The notes under the pieces were generated by a model. It had not been told where the DNA came from and did not search any database. It saw only the letters and a program-made list of their open reading frames with translations. Shown here piece by piece: positions 26,817-41,812 of a stretch of 64,000 nt of DNA. The first letter of the stretch is position 1; every line of letters starts with the position of its first letter. A program made the translations under genes and the position numbers. The stretch lies in assembly GCF_009914755.1 (NCBI RefSeq), contig NC_060936.1; one strand, given 5' to 3'. This stretch comes from the human T2T-CHM13v2.0 reference genome, Homo sapiens.

Positions 26817-29800
26817 TTAGGGTGGCACTAACTGTCGAGTCTTTTAAAAAGATAATCTATGCCTTGAAGTGCCATTTTTATTTTTGTAATTACAAATGGG
26901 TATCAGAAGAATGGAATCTAATATGAAGTTGAGGTCATATATTAAATCTAACACCTTTGAATAAAAGTAGACCTTTTGTTCCATTGCATGTTATTATTGA
27001 GGGGCCCCCATTATAATACAACAGTGGCCTGTTTTAGAAAATATTCTCTATCAGAAAAACACCATAATTTAAAAAGACATATTTCCACCAAAGTCACATT
27101 CTAAAATGTATACAGAAGGACATGGAATAACCGCATATAGACTTAGTGTATCATGTCCCCATTCTTCCAAGAAAATAGGCAAATTTTGTTAAACAGCCCC
27201 AAAGGTAAATATGAATATTTTTATATTTTTAGAAAGGTTTGAATTTTAAAAGACAATCTTAGTTCTAGTATGTTTATCTCTTGCCTTGGAGGCAGTTCTT
27301 AAAACTATAAAACTTGAGTTGTGACTGTCAGAATCCAACACTTATATGTTTATTTGGAGGACATAATTTTAAAATACTGACATCTTTATCTAATTTGTTA
27401 TATTATGTTACAGTAATAGTTTAATATTGTAGTGCATGATATTAGACTTGAAATGCTAGAAATCACTGGAATGTATAGCCAATGAAGCCTGGGTTGATTT
27501 TTGATATTTTTGGATTATATAGTACCAAATTATAATCCCATATTCTATATTCAGATCTCTGAAAAAAGTGGCCTTTCATTGATCAAAATATATTTATATA
27601 AAACATTTTAATGAAGAATACCTATTTATAAAATATGCAGAGGAAATATATGCAGATGTAAAATTGAGCCCAATAAATCCTTGTGTTTTCATAGGTATGA
27701 AAGTTACAATAAATAATGGCAATTAGATATTGTGTGTGTCAGAAAATCAATTTTTCTCCCAAATCAATCCCTCTCTTTCTTTCTGTTTCTGTATCTCTTT
27801 CACAGACACAATGTAAACACCTATGCATATGTGCTCATATCTGTTTTAGTTGACTTCTTTCTTGAGACTTTAAATTCTGAAATGTTTTACACTGCATGTA
27901 CAGCTAAGATTAAAGTCTTCTTTTTAACAGTACACTTTTTATAATGCCTTGAACTTGTTTCTCTGTGGCAGAGGAAAACAGCCTCATGCACCTGGACAAA
28001 CAAAGGTGTTCCTTCAAAAACAGACTTTCAGAATCATTAATTCTGGTTTAGAAATAATTATGAAGGTTAAGTGGACTCTCATGCGTAAGATTTTAGAGCT
28101 GGTGAGTGGCTAATCTGTGCTTTACTTCCCCTTGTTTTCATCCTTCTTATACCACCGGTATTACCGTGCCTCCTCTTAACAGTTTTGTTCCCTCTGTAGC
28201 AAGTGAGCCAGAGACAGTGCTTCAGCTTCCTATAGCCTCCTGGTGGTATGCAGGGACAGCTGGCTGAGATCATATGCACTTCTACCCAAACATATCCCAA
28301 GGTAAGGCTACAGGTAGTAAAGCTGTGACCAGAAGGTAGATTTAAAAAAAAATTATTTAGGTCCTGGAAATATAGAAAGAGCAGATAGTGCCTATAGTAA
28401 TAACCAAGTGAGCAATAACTAGGGTGTGAGTGGAGTTATTGTGTTTAGTCTAAGAATGAAGAAATAGCAGTGTTCGGTGAAGTGGAATTTGGTGAGGCAT
28501 ATACAAACCAGAGGTAGAAAGTAGTGGATTTTTGCAGTTTCATGCATAACCGTAAGTGCAGTATTAAAAAATACATATTGCGAAAGTAAAACTTTTAAAG
28601 GATACTTCTCAGCTTGAAATTCTTAATACATTGTAGCAATCATATTAGTTCTTGCTGTAAAATAAGGTGGCTATAAAATAAGTTAGTCAATTTTGAGTTG
28701 TGAGTTGAAAAGGAAAAAGTAGTGATTAATGGAGACATGAGCTAGGAAAAAGCATTTGGAGAGCGGATAATTTACATCAGTAGGCCTCTCAACTTTTCTT
28801 TACCTCCCCACTGCCCTCTTTCAATTACTTCCCTTAGATCACAAGTTTCTGTTTTAGTAGAAAAATTTTTCTATAGATACAAATAGATGTAAGGGAGCAT
28901 AAATGAATTCCTGATTACTCTGTAAGCTAAGAATTTAAACATATGTTCAGGATTGTATTTTTATAAAAATTTTTATTGCAAATTATTAATATAGATTCAC
29001 AGATGAATAAAAAATGATGTGGTCCTATTTATGTAAAGCAAAACAAATATTTGATAGGTGGTGTAGAATGATGTTTACACCTGCCTTATGGATGATTTAT
29101 GTTGGAACTGCTAGGCATACGTGTCAGAATATCTACTTACCAGAAAATCATAGAAAAATATGCAAGTTTATATCACTCACACTGTGGAGAAAACCAGTCA
29201 GTAACAAACTGTTAAGTCTTAACAGTGATTATAATATTGAAAAGAACAATATCAACAGTAGAACAACCATATCAAGACAGTGGATCATGAAGCAATGACT
29301 ATAGGATTCCCTCCTAAATTTCGTTCATTGTAACACCCACACTGTGTTCTGTCTCTGTGCACAGCACAACAAACTCACTTCAAAGCCAAATGAGGACTTG
29401 GCATACTCAGGAAATTCTAGTAATGAGATGCTCTTAGTTTTACTGTTACAGTATGTAGCACTTCATCTTAGGCAAATATGACAGTCTGTGGAATCCTGTG
29501 TCATTCATTTGAAAGAACTGACAAAAGAACATGTTTTTAGATCAACTTGCATTTGCAGGAACACACATGGGTTGCCAAAAATATCCATTTAGAGTGTTTA
29601 AAAGAGGCACACGCCTGGATTGGCCTCGGTGACCAATAATGTCTGGTGGTAATGCGTGTTTTTTGGAGTAGTCTTTAATTACTAAACAAGGTGGTGACAT
29701 ACATAAAGCCAGTGGGTTTTTTTTCCACCGGCAGATGGGTGCTAAAGAAACTGAGCGATTTTATTTTTTTCATCATATAATATTTCTGATGGTCTTGCCT

Positions 29801-30259
29801 CCTTCAAGTCTCAACATGTGTCTCTTTAAAGAGAATATTTCACCTTTCAAAATGAAGTCTCCTAATGACTCACTTAAATGTTTATTGTTTTCTTGCCGTA
29901 AGGAACTTTGTGACTTGTAAATATGAATTTATGTATGCATTTTTGTATGAATAAATACATTTATAAAATTGATATTTAAAAAGAGCTAGCACTTAAGTTA
30001 GGCCAGACGTTTTTCTAAGCACTTTACAGATGCTAATTTTCTAATCCTTTCAACAGCCCTGAAAAGTGACTTTCATATTTAGGATTGAATATAAACTCAT
30101 TCTAAGATTGTCTATAACCTATTTCTGTGTTGCTTAGCATAGTTCTATTTAAGAGAACTAAGACAAACATATAGAAATATGATGATGACAATGATGATAT
30201 TATATTACTTTCCCAAGTGTCTGGCACTATGCGTATTTCACCAAGCATTTGTAGAGAAG

Positions 30260-30500
30260 CGGCAGAATATGATGATTATGAGCCTCAATTCTGGAATGAG
30301 ACTAACCTGGTTTTAAATCCTGGCTGTGCTTCTTACAGGTTGTGTGATTTGTGGTAAGTTACTTAAATTGTCTGTGCTTCAGTTTCTTCATTTGTTAAAT
30401 GTGTATGACACCTATTTCATAGAATTGTTATACAGATTACGTTAATTACTAAAAAATTATTTCGAGCTCTTAGAATAGGGACTGGCACATATTCAATACA
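30260..30500 (+). mobile_element. MIR
   Basis: aaatcctggctgtgct...aagttacttaa...tctgtgcttcagtttcttcatttgttaaatg. Confidence 0.7.
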
Positions 30501-30744
30501 AAATAAGTAATAAAATACAGAGGTATGTATTTGAATATTCAAGACTTCTTGGAAGGAAAATACTTAATGCTGTTGAGGAAAATTTTAAGCAATTAGAATG
30601 GCAACTAGAAGAGATTTTGTAACAAACTATAGTGGATTATCTCACATATTTATCCCTCATTCAGGCAACTACACATCTGAGTTCTCTGCTTGTTACTAGA
30701 GCTCATGGTTGCTGGCTCCGAATGAGAACTGAATATGAAAATTT

Positions 30745-31200
30745 TCAGTTTGTGAAAAACATCTGGAGCTTTTAGTTGACTACAAGCTTAATATGAGCCA
30801 ACTGTATGTTGCAACTGCTTAAAAGAGAAAAAAAGAATAAAAAACCCTGAAGAATTCCTTAGGCATTATAAATAGAAATAAGAGTGTCCACATCATGGGA
30901 AGTAACATAGTTGACGTACTTCACACTGGCCGCATCACGGCTGGAATACCATGTTCCGTCCAAGACACCATAATTTTAGGAAAGACTTGGACAAACTGGA
31001 GTGCCAGAAGTCTGGAAATATGAGAAATGGAGGAAGTGGGACTGTATAGTGTAGAGAAGACTAATAGGAACTAAAACACTTGTCTCCAACTATTTATAAG
31101 GTTGTCATTTAGAAAAATGGACACGCTTATATATTGCCCTAGAAAACAAAGAGTAGAATCAATATAATGAAAGTACCATGTATATTTTTACTCAGTATTA
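30745..31200 (+). mobile_element. L3/CR1 LINE fragment
   Basis: ttagttgactacaagcttaatatgagccaac...ctggaataccatgttc...ttttaggaaagacttggacaaactggagt matches the CR1/L3 3' ORF2 region. Confidence 0.75.
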
Positions 31201-32306
31201 AGGGTGAAAACTAATGGGTACCAGTGCTGAGTCTTGCAGCAATCATATAAGAATTCCTGTATATGGCCGAAGCTTACATTCAGTTACATTCACTAAAATA
31301 AGATTTTTGCATTCATATCCTCATTGGGCTTGGGCAGTAAAGGAATTAAATCCCCCAAAAGTTCATTAAAATTTTAGGGCTGTTCTATGATTGCATGGAT
31401 GGTTAAAATTAGACCTGATGGCACTATTGGTTATTCTAAGAAAGGAGCTAAAAGTCTATATAATTGGTTTACTTTTTATTCAGTCTAGTTTTGAAATCTT
31501 AAGAATGGATCAAGGAACATTGGATGAAGAAGGGACACAGGGTAATGTTATTTTCCCAAATTTCAGAAATTCTTCCAATTTAGGTTCAGCAGGTAATTAA
31601 GAATGATTTCATGCATGTCAGCAAAAATAGTTTGATACAGGACTCATTGAATATTGTATTGTGTTGGGAACTGATCAGAGAAAACCATGGTGTTTGTCCG
31701 TGAACTCTCGTTGCTTTTTATCTAAGAGGGGTTGAAATGTTGCGTGCTTTTGAATTTTATCATGGACAATACTTGAGATTTGTACCAGTACACTAAGGGT
31801 TATTTTTAAGGATTGAGTAAAATGGAAGTGTATTAATGGGAAATAGAATAGAAGATAGCTATAGTATGACCTTGGAAACTGACTTTACGTTTTACAGGCA
31901 TGTTTTTCTTTCCATATTTCATTCTTGTATCTTGAAATAAGCTGTACTTATGGTTAGGTATATGCTAGATCTTAGAATTCCTTTAAATTCATCTTGTCAA
32001 AATATCAGCCATTCTGTATGAATATTACCAAGTTTAAGACATTGGTTTATGTTCAATTTCAGCAGTTTGTATAACTGATTTGAAAAAGCAATAAATAGGC
32101 TTCAAAATTTTATATTTTTTATAGGAAACAGGTAATTTAATACATTTAATACATTAATACATTTATAATGTATGTATTTTTTCATGAGGTAGACTATGTA
32201 AAAAGTAAAGAAGATGATCTAAATCCAGAATTAAAAGGCACAGTCACATTTTTTTTTCTTTTGCAGCATTGGATAGTATCAGTTTGTTATAATCTAGAAT
32301 ATATAA

Positions 32307-32456
32307 TATATTCTGTTTTTACATTTCTTAACTAAATCCTCTTTTTAAAATATAAATAAATATCTTTAAAATAATATTTTAGGCCGGGCATGGTGGCTCA
32401 TTCCTGTAATCCCAGCACTTTGGGAGGCTGAGACGGGCGGATCACGAGGTCAGGAG
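32307..32456 (+). repeat. Left arm of a perfect 150-bp inverted repeat (includes an Alu 5' fragment at 32382-32456)
   Basis: Base-by-base reverse complement of 32964-33113. Confidence 0.95.
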
Positions 32457-32654
32457 GTCAGGAGTAATCCCACATCGTTCAAGTCAGTAATGAATTTATT
32501 TGAATCAAAAGTGGATACATTTAAGGAATTGTTTCTATACATCCAATTAGGTAATTCTGGTTGGCTAAATTGAGAGCTGGTCATAATCCCAAAAGACACA
32601 ATTCTGAATGTCATAATTCTGAATGTTAAAATCCCAGAAGAGTAAAATCTCTAA

Positions 32655-33113
<459 letters not shown>

Positions 33114-33659
33114 GGCCACTTTACACAACAAAATATGCAATAACAACATACATGCTTTTGCACATATAAACACTCAAGTATGCTAATGACAGTCATACTG
33201 GTATAATAGTTATGACAAGATGAACTGTCCTTATAAAGAAGTAGGTCAAAAAAGGACAATGTATAAATGCGTACCACTATGATTGATAGTTGTGTGCAAC
33301 AGCTTTCTAACTTTGGTCATCTGAAATAATATAATGAGCAACCTAAGTCTTTTGACAAGATCCATCAAAAACTGTGATAGGTTACCAACATATATGTAGT
33401 CACCCAAAGAGCTGAGATCTCAAGAAATTTTATATTTCACAAATGCAAATGTACAAAAGAACATCTCTTCATTTACTGAGAAAATTTCAATGTTTTTACA
33501 TACGTACACAACACTTAACACAAAGTAAACATAGTTCACTTCTGTGAAGTCGAATTTGCAAAAAATGCATAAAACAGAACTCTCAAAGTCTCTATACAGT
33601 TTATACCTCCAGTAATGGAAACGATGTGAAGATGAAATACATAACATAGTGAATTGCTT

Positions 33660-33717
33660 TACGGGGTTTCTAGGTATTCCTCAATCCTGTAAAGTTGACA
33701 TCTACAATTAAGCCCAT
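33660..33717. mobile_element. Short MaLR (MLT1/MST-type) LTR terminal fragment
   Basis: ctaggtattcctcaatcctgtaaagttgacatctacaattaa resembles ...ctcaatccagtcaagttgacacctaaaattaacc. Confidence 0.5.
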
Positions 33718-36048
33718 ACGTTCTAGTGATAAATAGAGGTCAGAAAAATAGCATACGTGGGTTTGGCTTCTGTTTTCCTTCTTTTTTTCTTCAGTTATTC
33801 TTTTGACTGTGTTTTCTTATTATTAACCCTTGCCTCAAATTGTTCCCTGGGAGAGTGCTGCAGGCTACAGCCCTTTTTCAAATGGTGAAAAATTTGAGAG
33901 AATAGTGGTATGAAGAACATTTTGAATGCAAGGCTGTTTAGTTGTGAATATTGCATTGATCACATCTGTGTTTCTGAAGCTCTGTGACTTGCTCTCCTAA
34001 GCCTAGAGCAATCTTCACTGAACTAACTCTGTGGGGTAAAGAAATGGTTCTAAGTAATAATAATAGGCTCACTTTAACTTAGAAGGTAGATATTGTTGAG
34101 TGACTTTAGTTAGCATCTGCTGCATTCAAAACATGCTGGGAGGTGAGGGATTATGAAAGAGAAAGTTGAAATACATAGATTTGGACAATAGAAAAAGTAT
34201 GTTTAATTTTTTCTAGTTATTGTTGATGTTTTATTTTTTACCTTCATCATTTCAGTTTCTTATTTTGTTTCAGATACAGAAACATCAAATCCATGTTCCA
34301 TACATCTTAGACACTGATTTTTTTTTTTATGTCATTTTGACATCCCTCCAGCACCCAAATGCCAACATCTGCTACATTTTGCCACACGGTTGTAGGCTTG
34401 AACTCTGAAATGCCCCTAAATGTTTTTAAAATTTCTTTGTGTATGTTTTCAAAATAACCTTCCTTTGAGTTCTCAGTTTTATGTGAACTGTAGTTAAACT
34501 CTTTTTTTTCCATGACTTGTAGCATATGGTATTTAACTGTTTGCCAGTATCGCTTTCTGAAATGAACCTATTTGTACAAAGGCATTTTAAGAGAACAGTG
34601 CACTTAATCAGAGAACCTCCTTCAAGGTGACTCTACTGCTTAAACATGGTTTAAAAAAATTAAAATATTTGTGGCTCAGCATTGTTGTTTCATTGTCTAT
34701 CAAAGTTAATAAAAATAACTGGCCTTTGAGAAAGAGTACACCTTTAAAATTTTTGAAGGCCAAATGATTTTTTTTTATTTTTCATCCAGAAATATCTATC
34801 CCTAAAGGAAGAGAAACTTTCTTCAGAAAGGTATTTGTTTTAATCAAGGAAGTTTCTGCTGAGATTAATAACTTGGTATCATCCCTTAGTTCCTGATAAA
34901 CATCATACCTTAAATGAGTCTTCTGTTTTTTAACTAGTTTTTCTTTTGTCTAAAACAAAATTGCCTCTTTTGTTTTAGAGATGAATTACTCAATTTTTAA
35001 TTGTTTTGGGGGCAGGGTGCATTATTTTCCTATTGAAGAACAAAATGTAAAACACTGCCCTGAAAGGAATATTTGCAAAACCATGAAAGTGAGCAAAGTT
35101 GAGATGGGCTACTCTATAGAAATTTTGCATTTTATTCTAAAATACTGTATTTTGCCATGATTTGTTCCCTGGTGTGTATAGAAGCATTGGCTGCAGCCTG
35201 AATTCCTGAGCCCTTCAGTTCTCCACTTTTAGTGTATATAAACACAATTTCACTGAGCTTGGAAGAATCATGTTGTAGTGAAGGTAATATTATTGGCCTC
35301 TTTCTTTTGTTGCTTTGCTGCTTTGTGGAGAGGGATAAGTTTATTGTAAAAGCTTCTTTAAATCCATGTTCTTATACAGGGCTATAGATATCTTACCCGT
35401 CAGTTCCAGGCAAGTCACCCTTTCTGGGCTGCAGTTAGCCACAATAGTTAAATATTCTGGTTTTTTGGAAGATTTTTAAAAAATCTCTATTCTATCCACC
35501 TAGTTCTGAGAGAGTATTTCCCTCAGTTTGTCTCATTTGTGGGAAGAAATATTATCTGCCCGTCTTTATTACTACCCCAATATCAAGTTTACATATTTAT
35601 GTGTTTGCCATTCTATAATTACGTCTGAAACAGGTTGATTATCTATTTTCAAAATAAAAGATACAGAATGAAATGAGGCTGTAGGGAGAATGAATGAACC
35701 AAAAAGAAAAAAAAGGTTTTGCATATTTTAATTTCTGAAAAGTTTCTCCAGTAGGTTTATCAGATGATTTTTGTTGTTGTTCTTCACAGAAATGTTGTTC
35801 GGCCATGTATGTTCATGAGGGAAAAAAGTTCTCATCCTTTGAGAGTATGAGGATTGTATACACGATGTATATAATGTTGGAGAAAAAGGTTTTTATTAGT
35901 TTCATGACATTAGTTTCCTTAGCTGCCTTTCTGAGAATGGTCCTTATGTTTAAGATGGGGGCATTTAAGTTATTGTCAGGATTAAATTCAATCGAAAGAA
36001 TTAAGTGTTAGGAAACTGTGCCTTGCCTGTCAAATAGTGACTAGTCAG

Positions 36049-36052
<4 letters not shown>

Positions 36053-36087
<35 letters not shown>

Positions 36088-36112
36088 CACGCACGCACAA
36101 ATGCATGCACAC
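36053..36112. repeat. (CA)n microsatellite with CG interruptions
   Basis: acacacac...gcacacacacgcacgcac. Confidence 0.95.
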
Positions 36113-36764
36113 ATTCCTCACTGCTATTTTGACGTATATGTACCTATAGTATGTCTAAATTTTTCATGGTATTAGATTATACTTCAATTATTTGAAATTA
36201 ATTTAAAGAACAGAAACTAAGAGGAATCATAGAATCAAAGATAACTATGCGCCTTATCTCAATTGTGTATAAACCTTTTGAAAGAAAATAGGTTCATTTA
36301 ATAGTTTAATAACACATTTTGCAGTTGTTGTAAGGTTCGTAAGTTTTTGTTTGCTGAGTATTAAGGCAAAATTTTTAAACAAATGAAATTAAGTGGCCTG
36401 GTGACCTGGCTTCAAGTATTAATCTGTAAGCACTTTTAAAATGCATGCTTAGCAGCATGGTTTCTTTTTTTTACAAATCTTTTGCAAAGAGCAGTGATAA
36501 TGTGCCAATGACAATGAAATATTTGAACAAGAAAAGTTGTTTTTATTTATGGAGAAACAAGTAAAGGCCCTAAGGTGGTTAAATGATTGCTTAAAGTCAC
36601 ACAGAAGTGGCATGGCTCTGATTTCCCAGTTTACCAGATACTTAGATACTCTTTTCAATGATGGAAAAGCAAATAATAAATAATTTACTTTCTAGATATT
36701 GTTGAATTCTTACTATGTTTCTGGGCTTCTATGAGATGCTGGAAGATTTCTTAAAAGTGAAGAG

Positions 36765-37092
36765 GGTGAAATGGGGAGGTGTTAGTCAAAGGGTATACAG
36801 TTTTGGTTATGCAAGATGAGTAAGTTCTAAAGATCTGTGTAGTATATTGCCTACAGTTAACAGTACATACTCTGTTGTAGACTTAAAAAGAGGGTAGATT
36901 TTATGTTGTGTTCTTATCACAAAAAAAGGTGGGAGGAAACTTCTGGAGGTGATGGATAGGTTTATGGCACAGATTGTGGTGATGGTTTCACAAGTATATA
37001 TATGCTTATCTCCAAACTCATCAAGTTGTATATATTTAATATGTGTAGCTTTTTGCATGTCGATCATACCTTAATAAAATAGGTCAAAAAAA
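36765..37092 (+). mobile_element. L1MA/MB 3' end fragment
   Basis: ttagtcaaagggtatacagttttggttatgcaagatgagtaagttct...aataaa followed by an A-rich end. Confidence 0.85.
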
Positions 37093-40000
37093 GAGGAAGA
37101 GCTTCAATTATTTTTCTCTTCTTTCCTTTTTCCATACCTTCATAAAAATTCAGAGTGCAAATTTCTTAGTTTATTTCACCTACTTTCTGAGCAATATTTT
37201 TTAAAACCTGTGTTACATTTCAAAAGCAATATTCAATTTATTATGGCATTGACTAGAATAACTTGTTCTTGAAACTTAGGTAAATGGTTATGAAGTAATC
37301 AAAATGTATCTTTCAGTATGCTTTTTTTTTGTGCTGGAGTAGAAAACCCAACTAAAAATGATATACATTTTAATAACCAAAGTATATTATCTCACAGATG
37401 GAAGTCTAGAAGGTCTTAAGGGTGACTCCATCAAGGAGTTCTGGCTCCATTTTCCCAGGAATTCTCTTGATTTTGCCCTCCTCTAAATGAAACAATGTAA
37501 TTGAAGCACTTCTGAACCTCATATTCAACTATAACAATGAATAGATGAAGAGTGAGGAAGAATTTTCCCAGCAGCCTCCAAAAATCCTCCTTTTATTAAC
37601 CTGACTAATCTTTTTTTGAACTATTCCCTTCGAAGGGCAGTGGGATCACTGTATAACCAAACTTTGGTGGGACACAGCAGACCTGTGACACTGGCTCACA
37701 TGGGAGAGGAGTAAAACACCCCAGGAAGGGAGAAAGATTATGGACAGCTCACCCTGCCCCTTAGAAAAACTGGAGACTATGTGTTCCTGAAATGAAACAA
37801 GACAAGTGTTCATTGCACTCTGAGAATACATTATGATGTAGAAAAAAATTTGAGATCTATAGGATATGAAAGTGGCACACAGGCTTGGAAATTACAGCAA
37901 TTAGTGGTAATGTATTATCTTGGGTACTGCTTGGGGTCTCTATATGTAAGATGACTTTAAATATATGAAAATTTTGACAAACATTGATACTACTCTCTCA
38001 AGGAAGCTGTGTATTTCCCATTTATTTTGTCTGCAATCTGGTTTTTAATAAATTCAAGACTCAAGTTAACTTTTAATAAATACTGTACATATTTTACTAT
38101 CAGAATTTTAAGAACAGCATACGTTTTTTAAAAAAATACACAAGATGTAATTTTAGTAAGGTTAGGAAGAGCATGTACTGCTGGAAGTATAGTTCTGTAA
38201 CTACATAGACAAAATATATGTCTTCTCTGTCACAATTTTGCCTTCAGATTCATTGTTTGTAGAATGTTTCTTAAGGCTTCACAGATATTGTAATTTCTTA
38301 TAGATGGATTGTGGAGAGAGATCATGTGTAGATAGAATTCCTACGTGGTCCCAGTGTTTTAAGTATAGTAGTCTTCTGCCACTCTAATATTGAATAAGAA
38401 GTGCTAGTGGAAAAATTGGGTGATCGATTACTTATTTCCACTCTGAGATCAGGTCTCATTTACCTTGAATTTGATTTGTTCTTCCTCAGACTCAGTGTTT
38501 CTGATGCAGGTGGTGTTAGGCTCCCACATTGTTAAAATAATGTGCAACATTGGTATTCTTTTAAAATACCATTAACATGCTTTATCTTTGTTCATTTGTC
38601 AAATCAAGGCTTTACTATTGAAGGTGACTTTTTTTTTTCCTGCGTTTCAGCTGAGTTTCTCTTACAATAGTCTTGACTGCTGCCTGTTTTTGCTCATGAC
38701 TACTGATTGCCTGTGCCCTAAATCCTCTCTGGACCAGGATGGGAACATACATTTGCAATGTTGGAAACTTGGAGTTCGTTTTCATTGAAATTCTATAGGG
38801 GCTTTGAATTTGTGTGGGGTGTTCTGTGTATACAAAGTATAGAAAAAACCTCTATTGCTATCTATCTTCATTTAAGGGGAGAGCCAGGGAGGCTGTTTAG
38901 AATTAAATGTTTTTAGAGAGTGTTTGCTAGCTTTTAGTAACTCCTAGACCTGGTAAGGATCAGGACCAGGCAGGTGTGAGGACTATACCTGTTAACAAAA
39001 GCAGCCCTGATCCCTGTGCTGAGAGGGAGTATAGTGTAGTGGCAGGGACGGGGAAAGCAGATACATATAAAATCATATGACATGTAAGAAGGGGAAACTA
39101 CATGGTGCTGAGAAGAAACTATGTTTATTTCATGAAATGCTGACTGAGCTAAGATCTAGGGAGAAATCAGAAATTAAATTCCCACAATATCATGAAGAAT
39201 AGACTTGAAAACAGTATGAGCCTTGGCTTTCCCTTATTTGAGTCAATATGCTGATTGTATAGAGTGGGATTTATTCCATTGGGATCATATTTTTTCAGAT
39301 ACTAAAGAGTAACTTTTAGTTTGGGAAGAGCAAAATGTCTCCAATTATCCCAAGGATTAAAAACTTTAAAGCAACTTTTCATTCATATTAATGTGAAAAA
39401 GAATCCACTTAGAAAGAAATGAGGGTTCCACATTGAAAGACACTTTAGCATTTATTACATTGTGTATTGTTGAAGTAAGACTTCAGGTATTCATTTGATT
39501 TTAAAATATGTATGGAGCACCTACTACATAGTAAGCATTTTCCTGAGTGCTGGAGCACAGCAGCCAATGAAGCAGAAATGTCCTGGGGGGCCTTGAACTT
39601 GGAGGTACTTCCCATTTCTCACTCTGTCATAGGGAATCCCCACTGCATTCCTTGTTACTGTAGAGTCAACTGTGAGATTCTTGGTCGTGGAACATTTTCA
39701 TTCCATTACTAACATCAGTTATCTCTGACTAGCATTTGTATTCAGGTCGATTAAAAATATCCCTCTGCTGTTGAATGAAATCTTAGAATCTTAATTCTTC
39801 TACGTCATTCAATAGAATTTAGGCTTGTCTTCCAGATTTAAAAAAAAATCATCTAAGGTGCAGTATGTACTGAAATAGTGAACCTGGAACAACCCCATAT
39901 TCCATTGATATTCTTTTTTTTTCCTGGTTATACAACTGCTGGAACAATAGTGTAACAATGTCAAAGAAAATTTGTCTGGGAGGTAGGAAGATTGGTGATA

Positions 40001-40494
40001 GGAAAAGTACTATTATTATGGACAAGCTCTAGATTTGGGAGTCATAAGATTTGAGTATGGTTCCTGGATCTAATTCCTGGTAGTAAGGAGGCCATGCGTA
40101 AGTCGCTTACCTTGACCAATCTATTTTCTACTTTTCTAAAATGGTAATTCTATTTGCTCTGCTTAACTCACAGCTCTTGTAAGGATCACATGAGAAATGC
40201 TCAGTTGTTTTTATACTGTCATACAGGCACAAAGCTAGGGGTGATTAAATTTTAGACCGCAAGTGTGGACTAACCGTTATTAGTACAATATAGTGTCAGA
40301 GCTGGGCAAACAATTTAAATAAGGGAAACTGGACTTTGTTCTCCCCATCCCACCCCTGCTTTTTTGTTTTGTTTTGTTTTGTTTTTTGTGTTTCTTGTGT
40401 TGCATTATACGGGCAAGATTGAGATTTTTGGTGTGGGAGGGGTTTTTCTGGTGTCCCTCAAATTCAATTACGTAGGTAAAGGTGGAATTGATCC

Positions 40495-40640
40495 TTGTTA
40501 CTCAAAGTAAGACTTGTCAACAAACTCAGCATTACCTGGGAGCTGCTAGAAATGCAGGGTCTCAGGTTCCACTCCAGATGGCTGGATCAAAATCTGCATT
40601 TTAACAAAATCCCCACGTTTATTGTATGCAAATTTTCCTA
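40495..40640. mobile_element. MER5A (hAT-Charlie) fragment
   Basis: cagcattacctgggagctgctagaaatgcag...aaatctgcattttaacaaaatcccc. Confidence 0.8.
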
Positions 40641-41510
40641 AACAGAGAAGTTGACAGATTTCTAAAACTACCCTGATCATTCCAAAAGACTCTTTAGGAA
40701 GTTACAGCTTCAATGACAGCAGCTGCGAGATGTTTTAGCACCACCTGGGAGAACGGGGGATTGGGTGGGGGAGAGGGGCTATACTAAAAAACAAAACAAA
40801 ACAAAAAAAACTATGCTGCTTTCTGTTCCCAAGGAAACATTTTAGGGGTGAAAGGTTCATATTCCATTATCAGTCCCCTGAGCCCACCAGTGTTCAAAAA
40901 TGTTTTTTTCCCAAGACTTTTATGGCACTTAAGTCAGACTGCTCCTATTGGAATAACAGACCAAAAATGACTGACAGTTATAGTGTCTGGGATTAGGGAG
41001 AAAAATATTTAGTGAGAGGAACTGGGAGTTTATCAGGAGACATGAATGATTTCATCTCCAGGATTCTGGTTTTTAGTCACCTTTGCTCTCTGAGGGAAGT
41101 GAATAAGGGCTGCCTTACTCTGCCAGTTCCCAGTTCCAGGAAATGTACATTCTCAAGAGATCAGGTGGTTTTATAAAATATAGTCTTTTTCTCTCGTAGA
41201 GGGGAATTGAGAGCAAGGGAGGCTTAAATCCTTAATAAAGATCATGTGCATATTTGAAAATTGGGCATAGTTCTTCAGACACCCAAACCTTTTACATGTA
41301 ATTGCGAATTAGCCCTCACTTCCAGTCATGGCAAGGTTTAGGATTAAATGATATTGAACTAGCTTTCCCCTTAGAACATTGCTTTTCTTTGCAGGATGAT
41401 AAAGCTAATTTTTAATCATACCTCCTCTACAGTTTTAATAATTATGACTTTTCTTCTTTTTCCTCTTTTCTTTTTGCCTCCTGCCTGGAGTCCTGAGTAA
41501 AATTTAAGAT

Positions 41511-41530
41511 TGTGTGTGTGTGTGTGTGTG
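41511..41530. repeat. (TG)10 microsatellite
   Basis: Direct reading. Confidence 0.9.
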
Positions 41531-41812
41531 CCCTTGACGCTATCTGATTCCTTTGAGTATTGACTACACATCTGGACTGTGCTACTAAACAAAGTTGAGA
41601 GTGTTGGATGATGTGAAATAAATCAACTTTGAGACTAGAGATGAGTGGATGGCTCATGACAAAAATTTCAGGCTTTATTTTTCCAATTTTGCTATAAATT
41701 AGTTAAAAGTTTGTTATGGCCAGCATTTGGGAACCTGTGTTGCATCAGACTCAGCCTTCATTCAATTATTTAACATATATTGATCATATCCCTACTATAT
41801 GCTATTAGTATT

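Noticed and set aside
34250-34395. Strong acceptor-like site ttttgtttcag, also at ~13092, ~14266 and ~41394
   Set aside because: No convincing nearby donor or coding frame; such sites are common on a T-rich strand.
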